A DNA stretch of 30,380 nucleotides, from positions 1 through 30,380 of the IMG/VR virus record IMGVR_UViG_3300032295_000600; one strand, 5' to 3'. Source of the DNA: a virus (taxonomy: Duplodnaviria > Caudoviricetes). Positions 6,734 to 14,864 of the stretch are shown here, in pieces. The position numbers and the translations under genes were made by a program. The notes below the pieces were generated by a model that saw nothing but the letters and a program-made list of their open reading frames with translations, had not been told where the DNA came from and searched no databases. How positions within the stretch are numbered: the stretch's first letter is position 1; each line of letters opens with the position of its first letter.

Positions 6734-9394
6734 ATGAGTAAAATTTCTGCAGGTATCACATCACTTACCTCCTTAAAACTAGAGGGGGATATGACCGGCG
6801 CTTTGCTTCTAGGTTCTGGGACGGGCACTGCCATTTCAGTAGACACTTCGCAGAACGTCAGCCTAACCAACGCGCTGCCTATTGCTTCTGGCGGTACAGG
6901 GCAAACCACGGCCACCGCTGGATTGAACGCATTACTGCCTAGTCAGGCAGGTAATACTGGCAAGGTTTTGTCAACAAACGGCACAAACACTTCTTGGGTA
7001 GCCGATGCTGGCGGTACTGTTACTTCGGTCGATGTGGCTGGCGGTACTACAGGTCTTACGACTTCTGGAGGTCCGATTACCGGAGCTGGAACTATTACAT
7101 TGGCAGGCACACTGGCAATTGCAAACGGCGGCACTGGACAGACAACTGCTAATACGGCTCTAAACGCCTTGTTGCCTGCACAAACAGCAAATGCAAACAA
7201 GTATTTGCAAACAGATGGCACTAACACTTCTTGGGATGCTGTTAGTTTGTCTACAGCAGACATTACGGGCACACTGCCTATTGCCAACGGCGGCACTGGG
7301 CAGACAACAGCTACCACAGGTTTTAATGCTCTTGCGCCTGTTCAGACGGCTAACACTGGTAAGTTCTTGACCACTGATGGTACTAATGCTGCATGGGAGT
7401 TTGTTGATGTTACGGCTGACATCACTGGCGCTGTCCCCATTGCAAACGGCGGCACCGGACAGACGACAGCGGCAACCGCAATCACTGCATTAACTGGAGC
7501 ACAAACTTCTGGCCAATATTTACGCTCTGATGGAACAAATGCGGCATTGGCGGCCATTCAAGCCGGAGACGTCCCAACACTGAATCAAAACACAACAGGC
7601 ACAGCGGCTAATGTGACGGGTACTGTTGCGATTATTAATGGCGGCACAGGCGAAACAACCCGACAAGCGGCATTAGATGCGTTAGCAGGCGCAGTAACAT
7701 CCGGTCAATATCTTCGCGGCGATGGCACAGATGTCGTGATGTCTGCTATACAAGCCGGAGATGTTCCAACCCTTAACCAGAACACCACAGGAACAGCGGC
7801 TAACGTAACTGGCGTTGTGGCAGTAGTAAATGGTGGTACAGGCGCATCGGACGCAACAAACGCTCGGATTAACTTGACCGCCGCCGCATCAGGTGCAAAT
7901 ACTGACATCACTTCGATTGCGCTAACAAGCGGCACAGTCTCCGCTGCCCCCGTCAGCAACACAGACATTGTCAACAAACAGTACGCTGATGCTATTGCCT
8001 CTGGTATTCACTTTCATGAAGCTGTGGATTTGGCAACTACTGCCGCCCTGCCAGCCAATACGTACAACAACGGCGCATCCGGGGTAGGAGCCACGCTTAC
8101 GGCAAATGCCAATGGCGCTCTGTCTGTGGACTCAACGCTTACTGTTGTGTCAAACCGCATACTTGTTAAAAACGAAGTTACGCAAGCAAATAATGGTGTT
8201 TACACGGTCACACAGGTTGGCTCTGCTGGAACGCCGTACATTCTGACTCGGGCTACAGATTTTGATACAGCTGGATCAGGTGTTGACCAAATTGACGAAG
8301 GCGACTTCTTTTTAGTCACTAGCGGTACTGTTAACCTCAATACCGCTTGGGTTCAACAGACCGCGCCTCCAATTACCATCGGTACAACAGCGCTTGTGTT
8401 CCAGCAGTTTGCCGCGCCAATTACATACACAGCTGGCACAGGGCTTAGTGAGTCCCCAGCATTCACATTTAACATTGCCAACACTGGCACTGCTGGCACA
8501 TACGGCTCGGCCTCTCAGGTTCCTGTGTTTGTTACCAATGCACAGGGGCAGGTCACAAGCGTTACAAACACGACGATTTCAATCCCCAACTCCAGCACCA
8601 CGGCTACCAGCGCGAACACTGCAAGCGCTATCGTTGCACGCGATGCTTCTGGTAACTTTACCGCTGGCACAATTACAGCGGCGTTGAGCGGTAACGCAAC
8701 CACATCAAGTTCTACAACAGGTAATGCTGCCACAGCTACAACGCTTCAAACCGCACGCAATATCGGTGGTGTAAGTTTTAACGGGTCAGCAGATATTAAC
8801 CTCCCCGGAGTCAACACTGCAGGCAATCAAAACACGTCTGGGTCAGCCGCTTCACTAAGCGCCAACCTTCCCGTTAGCCGTTTAAACAGCGGTACAAGCG
8901 CATCAGCCTCTACCTTCTGGCGCGGTGATGGTGTTTGGGCTACTGGCGTTGCCGGTCCTACAGGACCCACCGGCCCTGCTGGAACTAATGGTAGCCCCGG
9001 ACCCACGGGCGCTCCCGGACCTACAGGGCCTACAGGTCCCACAGGACCTACGGGCGCTCCCGGACCCACAGGACCCGCCGGAGGCCCCGGCCCAACTGGA
9101 CCCACTGGACCACCCGGCTCAGCTGCGTCCGTAACCACAGCCAACGTTCTTTCGGCAACAGCAGGGGCGACTGTTGGGGAGGTTGGAAGTTATGCTTTCT
9201 TGCGTCCGGATTCTGGCTCCTCAACGGCCACAGGGGCTACTAGAGCTGGTTCAAATTTACGATATTTTGCTAGCAATGGATCAACTATAAGTGTAGGCTC
9301 CGCCCCATCAGGTACGTGGCGAAATATGGGAGCAAATAGCCCAGACAGCTATTTTGGCCAAGGGGTGGGTGCTGTTTATCTTCGCATTTCTTAA
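6734..9394 (+). CDS. Long tail fibre 1 with LPIANGGTG repeats, a collagen-like segment and a C-terminal tip domain
   Basis: 886 aa, T/A/G rich. Repeated (L/V)[12 protein letters not shown] units, 20 Gly-X-Y triplets, and a tip ending GTWRNMG...VYLRIS. Confidence 0.85.
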   Translation: MSKISAGITSLTSLKLEGDMTGALLLGSGTGTAISVDTSQNVSLTNALPIASGGTGQTTATAGLNALLPSQAGNTGKVLSTNGTNTSWVADAGGTVTSVDVAGGTTGLTTSGGPITGAGTITLAGTLAIANGGTGQTTANTALNALLPAQTANANKYLQTDGTNTSWDAVSLSTADITGTLPIANGGTGQTTATTGFNALAPVQTANTGKFLTTDGTNAAWEFVDVTADITGAVPIANGGTGQTTAATAITALTGAQTSGQYLRSDGTNAALAAIQAGDVPTLNQNTTGTAANVTGTVAIINGGTGETTRQAALDALAGAVTSGQYLRGDGTDVVMSAIQAGDVPTLNQNTTGTAANVTGVVAVVNGGTGASDATNARINLTAAASGANTDITSIALTSGTVSAAPVSNTDIVNKQYADAIASGIHFHEAVDLATTAALPANTYNNGASGVGATLTANANGALSVDSTLTVVSNRILVKNEVTQANNGVYTVTQVGSAGTPYILTRATDFDTAGSGVDQIDEGDFFLVTSGTVNLNTAWVQQTAPPITIGTTALVFQQFAAPITYTAGTGLSESPAFTFNIANTGTAGTYGSASQVPVFVTNAQGQVTSVTNTTISIPNSSTTATSANTASAIVARDASGNFTAGTITAALSGNATTSSSTTGNAATATTLQTARNIGGVSFNGSADINLPGVNTAGNQNTSGSAASLSANLPVSRLNSGTSASASTFWRGDGVWATGVAGPTGPTGPAGTNGSPGPTGAPGPTGPTGPTGPTGAPGPTGPAGGPGPTGPTGPPGSAASVTTANVLSATAGATVGEVGSYAFLRPDSGSSTATGATRAGSNLRYFASNGSTISVGSAPSGTWRNMGANSPDSYFGQGVGAVYLRIS
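7433..7842 (+). repeat. Tandem 192-nt (64-aa) repeat in fibre 1
   Basis: SGQYLR.DGT....[23 protein letters not shown] occurs twice. caagccggaga is at 7559 and 7751, 192 nt apart. Confidence 0.85.
8945..9124 (+). repeat. Collagen-like (Gly-X-Y)20, mostly GPT
   Basis: [60 protein letters not shown], uninterrupted. Confidence 0.95.
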
Positions 9395-9405
9395 AAGGAT
9401 TAAAT

Positions 9406-9657
9406 ATGCAATCAACACTTACTTCAGTCTCAAATCCTGTTTGGTCAAACGCAGAACACACAGCTATTGACTGCAAAATTACAACATCGCAATTTGGTGA
9501 TGAGGTTCTTCCATTTACAGCGTCACAAACTGACGTTGAGCCACATGGCCGCGCCATCTTTGCAGACCTTGTTGCTGGTAAATATGGAGCTATTGCCGAA
9601 TATGTTGCGCCGCCTGAACCTGTTCAGCCAGCCACCGAAGGAGCGCAAACGCTATGA
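9406..9657 (+). CDS. Tail fibre assembly chaperone-like protein, copy 1
   Basis: Directly follows fibre 1. NPVWSN.....IDC...PFTA...D.EPHGR.IF.....GKYG.IAEY motif, known from fibre-adjacent chaperones. Confidence 0.7.
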   Translation: MQSTLTSVSNPVWSNAEHTAIDCKITTSQFGDEVLPFTASQTDVEPHGRAIFADLVAGKYGAIAEYVAPPEPVQPATEGAQTL

Positions 9658-9932
9658 ATTCCATCGCCCCCCGCTTCATGGTAACGCAAGACGGCACAAC
9701 GCTGAATGTGTACCACGCCAACAAAGGCGAGGGGCTGCCACGGCACGAACATGTTTTCTCTCACTTGACCATGTGCCATTCCGGAAGCTGTATTGTCAGC
9801 AACGAGCGCCGCAGCTTGGTAATGACTAAAGACACGCAGCCTGTAAATCTTGTGGCTAACGAGTGGCATGAAATCGAAGCGCTAGAAGACGGCACTATAT
9901 TTGTAAACGTATTTGCAGAAAATAAATATTAA
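9654..9932 (+). CDS. Cupin-fold protein, copy 1
   Basis: LPRHEH.FSH...G.....WHEIEALED cupin metal motif; ATGA overlap with the upstream gene. Confidence 0.8.
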   Translation: MNSIAPRFMVTQDGTTLNVYHANKGEGLPRHEHVFSHLTMCHSGSCIVSNERRSLVMTKDTQPVNLVANEWHEIEALEDGTIFVNVFAENKY

Positions 9933-10472
9933 ATGTCACACCTCCCCCTTTGGTATCTTGGCAAGCTAGACGGCGACACCTGCAATCAAATCATTGCAGA
10001 AATGTCCGGCATTGACGTTAAAGACGCTGCGATGGGGATTGATGGCACTGAAAAGAATCATGCAACTCGCAATACTAAAGTGAGATTTGGTGGTCCTGAC
10101 TACTGGCTAAACGATAAATTTGAGAGTTTTGCCGTGCACGCTAATAAAGAGTGCAAGTGGGAGTATCACATTACTGGCCGAGAGAATATTCAGTTTGCCG
10201 AGTACGGACCAGAGCAACACTATGCTTGGCACACCGATACGTTTGCATTGGCTGGAAAACCAACAGACCGTAAAATCACTATCGTCTGTCTTTTAAACGA
10301 CGACTTTGAAGGCGGCGATTTTCAAGTACGTTTGTACAATGACTATACAGCGCCGCTGGAAAAGGGGACAATCATTGCGTTCCCGTCTATCCTTGAGCAC
10401 CGGGTAATTCCAGTAATGTCGGGTATTCGCTATTCCGCAACCATGTGGTTTAACGGCCCAAGATTTCGTTGA
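9933..10472 (+). CDS. 2OG-Fe(II) oxygenase (prolyl-hydroxylase/PKHD-like), copy 1
   Basis: Y.WHTD (HxD), RKITIV..LN..FEGG, FPS...H.V.PV..G.RYS...W..GP. Confidence 0.9.
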   Translation: MSHLPLWYLGKLDGDTCNQIIAEMSGIDVKDAAMGIDGTEKNHATRNTKVRFGGPDYWLNDKFESFAVHANKECKWEYHITGRENIQFAEYGPEQHYAWHTDTFALAGKPTDRKITIVCLLNDDFEGGDFQVRLYNDYTAPLEKGTIIAFPSILEHRVIPVMSGIRYSATMWFNGPRFR

Positions 10473-10486
10473 AATAAGGACAGAAC

Positions 10487-11596
10487 ATGAGCACTTACTC
10501 TCCAGCACTGCGTATTGAACTTATCACCACGGGCGATCAAGCCGGTACGTGGGGAACCACAACCAACACCAACCTTGGCACACTGATTGAAGATGCTATT
10601 GCTGGGTATACTTCGGTGTCGATCACTTCGACCAACCAAGCTTTGACAGCACTAAACGGTGTGGCGGATCAGTCGCGCAATATGGTAATTGCGTTGACCA
10701 CAACGACCGGCGCGGCTTTTAACGTCTACGCTCCTCCATCTGAGAAGACGTACATCATTTACAACACCAGTGCCTTTACAGCAACAATTTATAACTCTAC
10801 TGTGTTGGGTAACACAACTGCGGCGGGTTTAGGAGTTTCCGTAATCTCAGGGGGCAAAGTGGCGGTGTTCAGTGATGGAACCAATTTCTTAACTACTGAC
10901 GCTGGCAGTTTTTCTGGTGTGCTTCCTGTCCTTAACGGCGGCACTGGGGTTACCACCAAGACAGGTACAGGCTCCGTAGTCCTTAACACCAGCCCTACCT
11001 TGGTAACACCCGCTTTGGGCACTCCAACTTCTGCCACGCTTACAAATGCTACAGGCTTACCGCTAACAACTGGCGTGACTGGCACGTTACCCGTTGGCAA
11101 CGGCGGCACTGGGGCTACAACCCTTTCTTCTGGAGCTTTGCTTAAAGGCGCTGGAACTTCAGCTATTACAACAGCAAGCGCGGCTGATATTGTGGCGCAG
11201 ATTGGCGCAACGGCTGTTACAAACGCAACAAACGCAACAAACGCAACAAACGCAACAAACGCAACAAACGCTATTAATGCTACTAATGCAACTAATGCAA
11301 CTAATGCCACCAATGCAAGCACAGTTACAACAATTACCACAAATCAAGTGTTAACCGCAATAGCAAGTGCTACTGTTGGCGCTGTTGGGACATATGCTTT
11401 TTTGGTTAGCGCTAACACCATTGAAGCTATTCCGGGTGACACTAAAGCGGGTTCTAATTTAAGATACTCCAACAATAGTGCTATTGGATACAACAGCAGC
11501 ATTCCAACAGGCACTTGGAGATGCATGGGTTGGGACAACAGTGCCACTTGCTGCTTTAATCTTTATCGAGCAACAGTTTGGCTACGCATCTCCTAA
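10487..11596 (+). CDS. Tail fibre 2 with TNA repeat stalk and tip homologous to fibre 1
   Basis: MSTYS..LRIELI.TG.QAGTWG..TNTNL anchor, LPV.NGGTG units, (TNA)11, and tip VG.YAFL...AGSNLRY...GTWRCMG...VWLRIS. Confidence 0.85.
   Translation: MSTYSPALRIELITTGDQAGTWGTTTNTNLGTLIEDAIAGYTSVSITSTNQALTALNGVADQSRNMVIALTTTTGAAFNVYAPPSEKTYIIYNTSAFTATIYNSTVLGNTTAAGLGVSVISGGKVAVFSDGTNFLTTDAGSFSGVLPVLNGGTGVTTKTGTGSVVLNTSPTLVTPALGTPTSATLTNATGLPLTTGVTGTLPVGNGGTGATTLSSGALLKGAGTSAITTASAADIVAQIGATAVTNATNATNATNATNATNAINATNATNATNATNASTVTTITTNQVLTAIASATVGAVGTYAFLVSANTIEAIPGDTKAGSNLRYSNNSAIGYNSSIPTGTWRCMGWDNSATCCFNLYRATVWLRIS
11219..11317 (+). repeat. 9-nt tandem repeat encoding 11 [T/I]NA units
   Basis: ACAAACGCA x5 perfect plus ACAAACGCT, followed by five degenerate ACTAATGCA-type units. 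Confidence 0.95.
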
Positions 11597-11608
11597 AAGA
11601 AGTAAAAC

Positions 11609-11878
11609 ATGCAATCAATTCTCACCTCTTTAACAAATCCGCGTTGGTCGAATGCCGCACACACAACGATTGACTGCGAAATCACAACCTCACAGTTTGG
11701 TAGTGAAATACTACTATTTACTGCGGATTCAAATGACGTTGAGCCACATGGCCGCGCTATTTTTGCTGACATTGTTGCTGGTAAATATGGAGCTATTGCG
11801 GAGTATGTGCCACCACCACCTACACTTGAAATTACAGGAACGCCTCAGTCAGGTGAAATTCCCGCCTCTATTCTATGA
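11609..11878 (+). CDS. Tail fibre assembly chaperone-like protein, copy 2
   Basis: Close paralogue of 9406..9657 (MQS.LTS..NP.WSNA.HT.IDC.ITTSQFG...DVEPHGRAIFAD.VAGKYGAIAEYV). Confidence 0.75.
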   Translation: MQSILTSLTNPRWSNAAHTTIDCEITTSQFGSEILLFTADSNDVEPHGRAIFADIVAGKYGAIAEYVPPPPTLEITGTPQSGEIPASIL

Positions 11879-12228
11879 ACCAGCCAGTAGTTCACATTGG
11901 CTGCGTTGCCAACCTTTACTCGCGCATGATGCTTTTTAAGAAAGCTGGCGACACTGAGATCGGCCACACGCATCAGTTTGATCACCTCACTCTGCTTGCC
12001 AAAGGCAAGTTAAAGGTCACGGTTGAAGGAGTTGCGACCGAGTTTATTGCGCCGCATATGATCTACATTCATAAGGACAAGGTGCATGAACTCGAAGCGC
12101 TCACCGATGAGACGGTAGCGTACTGCATCCATGCGCTGCGGGACAAGAACAACAATGAAATCCTCGACCCCTTGATGATTCCTGCCGGTGTGTCGCCACT
12201 TTCAATGGCTTCACCGATTTGCAAGTAA
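11875..12228 (+). CDS. Cupin-fold protein, copy 2
   Basis: GHTHQFDHLTLL..G......APH.IYI.....HEL.AL; ATGA overlap with the upstream gene, as in copy 1. Confidence 0.8.
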   Translation: MNQPVVHIGCVANLYSRMMLFKKAGDTEIGHTHQFDHLTLLAKGKLKVTVEGVATEFIAPHMIYIHKDKVHELEALTDETVAYCIHALRDKNNNEILDPLMIPAGVSPLSMASPICK

Positions 12229-12235
12229 GCTAATT

Positions 12236-12721
12236 ATGAAGCTTGCTGTCAATCGTGTGGTAGAAGGCTGGCGAAGCCCAGCATATTTTACACTGCCAAC
12301 CCAAGCATTTAAAACTAATACGGCGGGGGCGGGGCGACGGTACATGTCTCACACAAAAACTGCGCTTGCCGAGGTCGCATTTAACGCTTTTGGCCTTCGC
12401 ATGGATGCCCCCGAGCCAATGTTTGGGCATCTAATTGGTAACAACTATGCCGACGGAGCGTTTGTTCAGCAGCACACAGACTCGGCCCCTGCTGGCTTTG
12501 CGCATGTGCGCTGCAACTGGATGGTCAAAAAGCCCCCGGTGGGCGGTGATCCGATCCTTGACGGCGAGGTTGTGCCGATAGCCGAAGGTGGCCTTTGGCT
12601 TTGCATTGCTAGCATAGAGCGCCACGGCACGACACCAATCTCAGGTGGGGAGCGTTTGATTTATTCCTTCGGTGCTCTTGTAAAGAATGAAAATTTACGG
12701 CACATTTTAAATAATAGTTAG
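12236..12721 (+). CDS. 2OG-Fe(II) oxygenase, copy 2 (different subfamily)
   Basis: ATG at 12236. VQQHTD (HxD), KP..GG.P, S...H.TTPI.GGERLIYSFG. Confidence 0.8.
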   Translation: MKLAVNRVVEGWRSPAYFTLPTQAFKTNTAGAGRRYMSHTKTALAEVAFNAFGLRMDAPEPMFGHLIGNNYADGAFVQQHTDSAPAGFAHVRCNWMVKKPPVGGDPILDGEVVPIAEGGLWLCIASIERHGTTPISGGERLIYSFGALVKNENLRHILNNS

Positions 12722-12727
12722 ACATGA

Positions 12728-13012
12728 ATGCGTTGGTTTTGGTTGCCGTTTGTATGTTTGGTTTTTTGGGCAAGCGCTAAAGCTCCATGCATAGTTACGG
12801 ACTTTTACGGGCTGAGTTGGATCAATGATCCGACCATGCGCCACATGGAGTTGTCTAGGTGGCTGACGACAAACGGTGATAACTGCAGTTCAGAGCAGTT
12901 GGTGGGAGTTTGGAACAACCTTGCGCTTTGGGCTGGGGCTGCAGACAGTGCGGAGTTGAGAGCCAAGGTGCTGTACTACTACGCAAGAGCGCGGGCAAGG
13001 GAGGATAAATGA
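12728..13012 (+). CDS. Small exported protein (signal peptide, two Cys in mature part); possible antiholin or lysis accessory
   Basis: Hydrophobic N-terminus MRWFWLPFVCLVFWASA with an AxA site; first gene of the lysis region. Confidence 0.6.
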   Translation: MRWFWLPFVCLVFWASAKAPCIVTDFYGLSWINDPTMRHMELSRWLTTNGDNCSSEQLVGVWNNLALWAGAADSAELRAKVLYYYARARAREDK

Positions 13013-13245
13013 TTGAAACGATCAGACTATTTCCAACAGTTGTAGCGTCAGGGTATCCCGACAAGCGAGACCTTGCCCAAGCCAAATTAGAAAAACAACA
13101 CGAAGTTAATAAAACTGTTGAAGTTGCCAAGCAAAAGCAGACAGAATTGCAAGACATAGGATTTGAGATTTACTGTAAAAAAGTAGTTCAAGAACGCATC
13201 CGCATGGAGATATTTCAAAATCGCACTTTGGACATATACGTTTAA
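13009..13245 (+). CDS. Hypothetical 78-aa helical protein in the lysis region
   Basis: GGAGG RBS and ATGA overlap; charged helical sequence with no TM segment. Confidence 0.65.
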   Translation: MIETIRLFPTVVASGYPDKRDLAQAKLEKQHEVNKTVEVAKQKQTELQDIGFEIYCKKVVQERIRMEIFQNRTLDIYV

Positions 13246-13247
13246 AC

Positions 13248-13991
13248 ATGGTCACAGCTAAAAAAGTACCGGCAAAAACTGCCGCCAAAGCACCGGCTAA
13301 AGCACCCGCAAAGGTAGCGCCGGTTAAACGCCGTATACCTAAACCAAAGGCGGAAGTTGTTACCCCAAAGCCACAACCCGCTAAAACACCAGCCGACACG
13401 CTTGGGAAAATCATTGGTTTGATTGAATGGGTGGACAGCCCATTTAAATTGCTGACGGTTATTTTGCTGTCTTTTATGGCGTTTGCAGGCTACTTTGCTT
13501 GGGACTCACGACAAGTCATTCTGCAGGCCATCCAGAACCAAGATCACATGCCGCAGCTTGTGAAGCAAGACGACTTGGTTGACCCTGCCAAAAGCCTGCT
13601 CAAAGATGTGGATGGGCTAGTTGTTCTGGTGCATAAAGCCAACCTTACAACCAACTCACGCACCACGGTGTTGGCCCTAAATGCTGATGGCTCACGAGAA
13701 AAGAAGCTTGAAGGTACAGTTACTTCTTTATTCAACGCAAGTGCTGACCGCAACGCAGCTATGGTGGCCATGCTGAACAATGAAGTTTTATGTGAAGAAT
13801 TCAACCCATCATCTAAAGTGGGTGAGTGGGGCGCTAAGCAAGGAGTGAAATTCCTGTGCCGTGGTTCAATCCCACCTGACCCCGGTAAGTTTGCGGGGTA
13901 TCTTGCCATTGGTTTTGCATCAAAGCCCGAAGATATTAGCGCTTTGAAAACCCGCATTAATTTGGCTTCAACTGATATGTCTGATGAATAA
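13248..13991 (+). CDS. Single-TM protein with histone-like N-tail and GAF-like C-domain (T4 holin T-like architecture)
   Basis: AKAPAK repeats, TM segment FKLLTVILLSFMAFAGYFAW, and C-terminal GVKFLCRGSIP....FAGYLAIGF resembling the terminal GAF strands. Confidence 0.6.
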   Translation: MVTAKKVPAKTAAKAPAKAPAKVAPVKRRIPKPKAEVVTPKPQPAKTPADTLGKIIGLIEWVDSPFKLLTVILLSFMAFAGYFAWDSRQVILQAIQNQDHMPQLVKQDDLVDPAKSLLKDVDGLVVLVHKANLTTNSRTTVLALNADGSREKKLEGTVTSLFNASADRNAAMVAMLNNEVLCEEFNPSSKVGEWGAKQGVKFLCRGSIPPDPGKFAGYLAIGFASKPEDISALKTRINLASTDMSDE

Positions 13992-14001
13992 GGAGTAAAC
14001 A

Positions 14002-14409
14002 ATGATTGGACTAGACGCACTTCTAAACGTGGGCGGCAAGCTCATTGACAAGCTGATCCCAGACCCTGAAGCCAAGGCTAAGGCACAGCTTGACCTTGCA
14101 AAAATGGCACAAGATGGTGAATTAGCAAGGATAGCCAACGAAACCAAACTGTACGAGACCGAGCAGAACAACCTTACACAGCGCGTTCAGGCAGACATGG
14201 CAAGTGACTCTTGGCTGTCTAAAAACATTCGCCCTATGACGCTGATTTTCCTGTTGCTGGCTTACTCTGGCTTTGCAATTGCCTCAATATTTGAGTACGA
14301 AACCCGTGGCGCTTACGTAGAATTACTGGGACAATGGGGCATGCTCGTGATGTCGTTCTACTTTGGTGGACGCACTATGGAAAAAATTGCTGATAGGGTG
14401 AAGAAATGA
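14002..14409 (+). CDS. Holin, GTA-type 3TM family
   Basis: AAGGAG RBS. KLIDKLIPDP.AKAKAQL, SDSWLSKNIRP, two hydrophobic helices and FYFGGRTMEK. Confidence 0.85.
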   Translation: MIGLDALLNVGGKLIDKLIPDPEAKAKAQLDLAKMAQDGELARIANETKLYETEQNNLTQRVQADMASDSWLSKNIRPMTLIFLLLAYSGFAIASIFEYETRGAYVELLGQWGMLVMSFYFGGRTMEKIADRVKK

Positions 14410-14834
14410 ATTTAACCGACCACTTTACGCTCGAAGAACTCACGCACACTGACCACCGCCAATTTGACAACACGCCAAATGAACAGGAACTTGAGAACCT
14501 CAAACGACTCGCAGCCTTCCTCGAAGAAGTCAAGTCTGCCTTGGGAGGAAGACCTGTTATGGTTAACTCGGCTTTTAGAAGCAAGCAAGTCAATGATGCT
14601 GTGGGGTCTAAAGATACTAGCCAGCATCGCATTGGTTGTGCTGTGGACATCCGAGTTCCTCAACTGACCCCTGATGAAGTGGTCAAAACTATCATTGCGT
14701 CTGGCTTGCCGTACGACCAAGTCATCCGAGAGTTTGATCGCTGGACTCATGTGAGCATCCCAAACACGCCAGATGCCAAGCCAAGAAAACAGGCATTGAT
14801 TATCGACAAACAAGGCACACGGCTGTATGCTTGA
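14406..14834 (+). CDS. Endolysin, peptidase M15 family (Zn metallopeptidase)
   Basis: LT.HFTLEEL, V.SAFRS..VN.AVGS...SQH..G.A.D (SxHxxGxAxD) and W.H.S; follows the holin. Confidence 0.9.
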   Translation: MNLTDHFTLEELTHTDHRQFDNTPNEQELENLKRLAAFLEEVKSALGGRPVMVNSAFRSKQVNDAVGSKDTSQHRIGCAVDIRVPQLTPDEVVKTIIASGLPYDQVIREFDRWTHVSIPNTPDAKPRKQALIIDKQGTRLYA

Positions 14835-14864
14835 TATACGCCCAAATTGATGGGAAAATAAGCC

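Noticed and set aside
6870-11115. IANGG/LNGG in the fibres as copies of the GG tag
   Set aside because: They belong to the LP[IV]xNGGTG fibre structural repeat and lack the aromatic/Met first position and the hydrophobic residue two after GG.
11219-11317. Tandem repeat as a CRISPR array
   Set aside because: It is a 9-nt in-frame coding repeat with no spacers and no cas genes.
9531-11799. The 66-nt repeat pair as a diversity-generating retroelement TR/VR
   Set aside because: Mismatches (C/T, C/T, A/T, C/A) are not adenine-specific, both copies lie in intact chaperone genes, and no reverse transcriptase is in the window.
6734-12721. Invertase/shufflon-type fibre switching
   Set aside because: Both cassettes are in the same orientation with complete genes; no recombinase or inverted crossover sites were seen.
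12728-13245. Spanin pair (Rz/Rz1)
   Set aside because: No clear lipobox or Pro-rich o-spanin and no TM plus long coiled-coil i-spanin. Not fully excluded.
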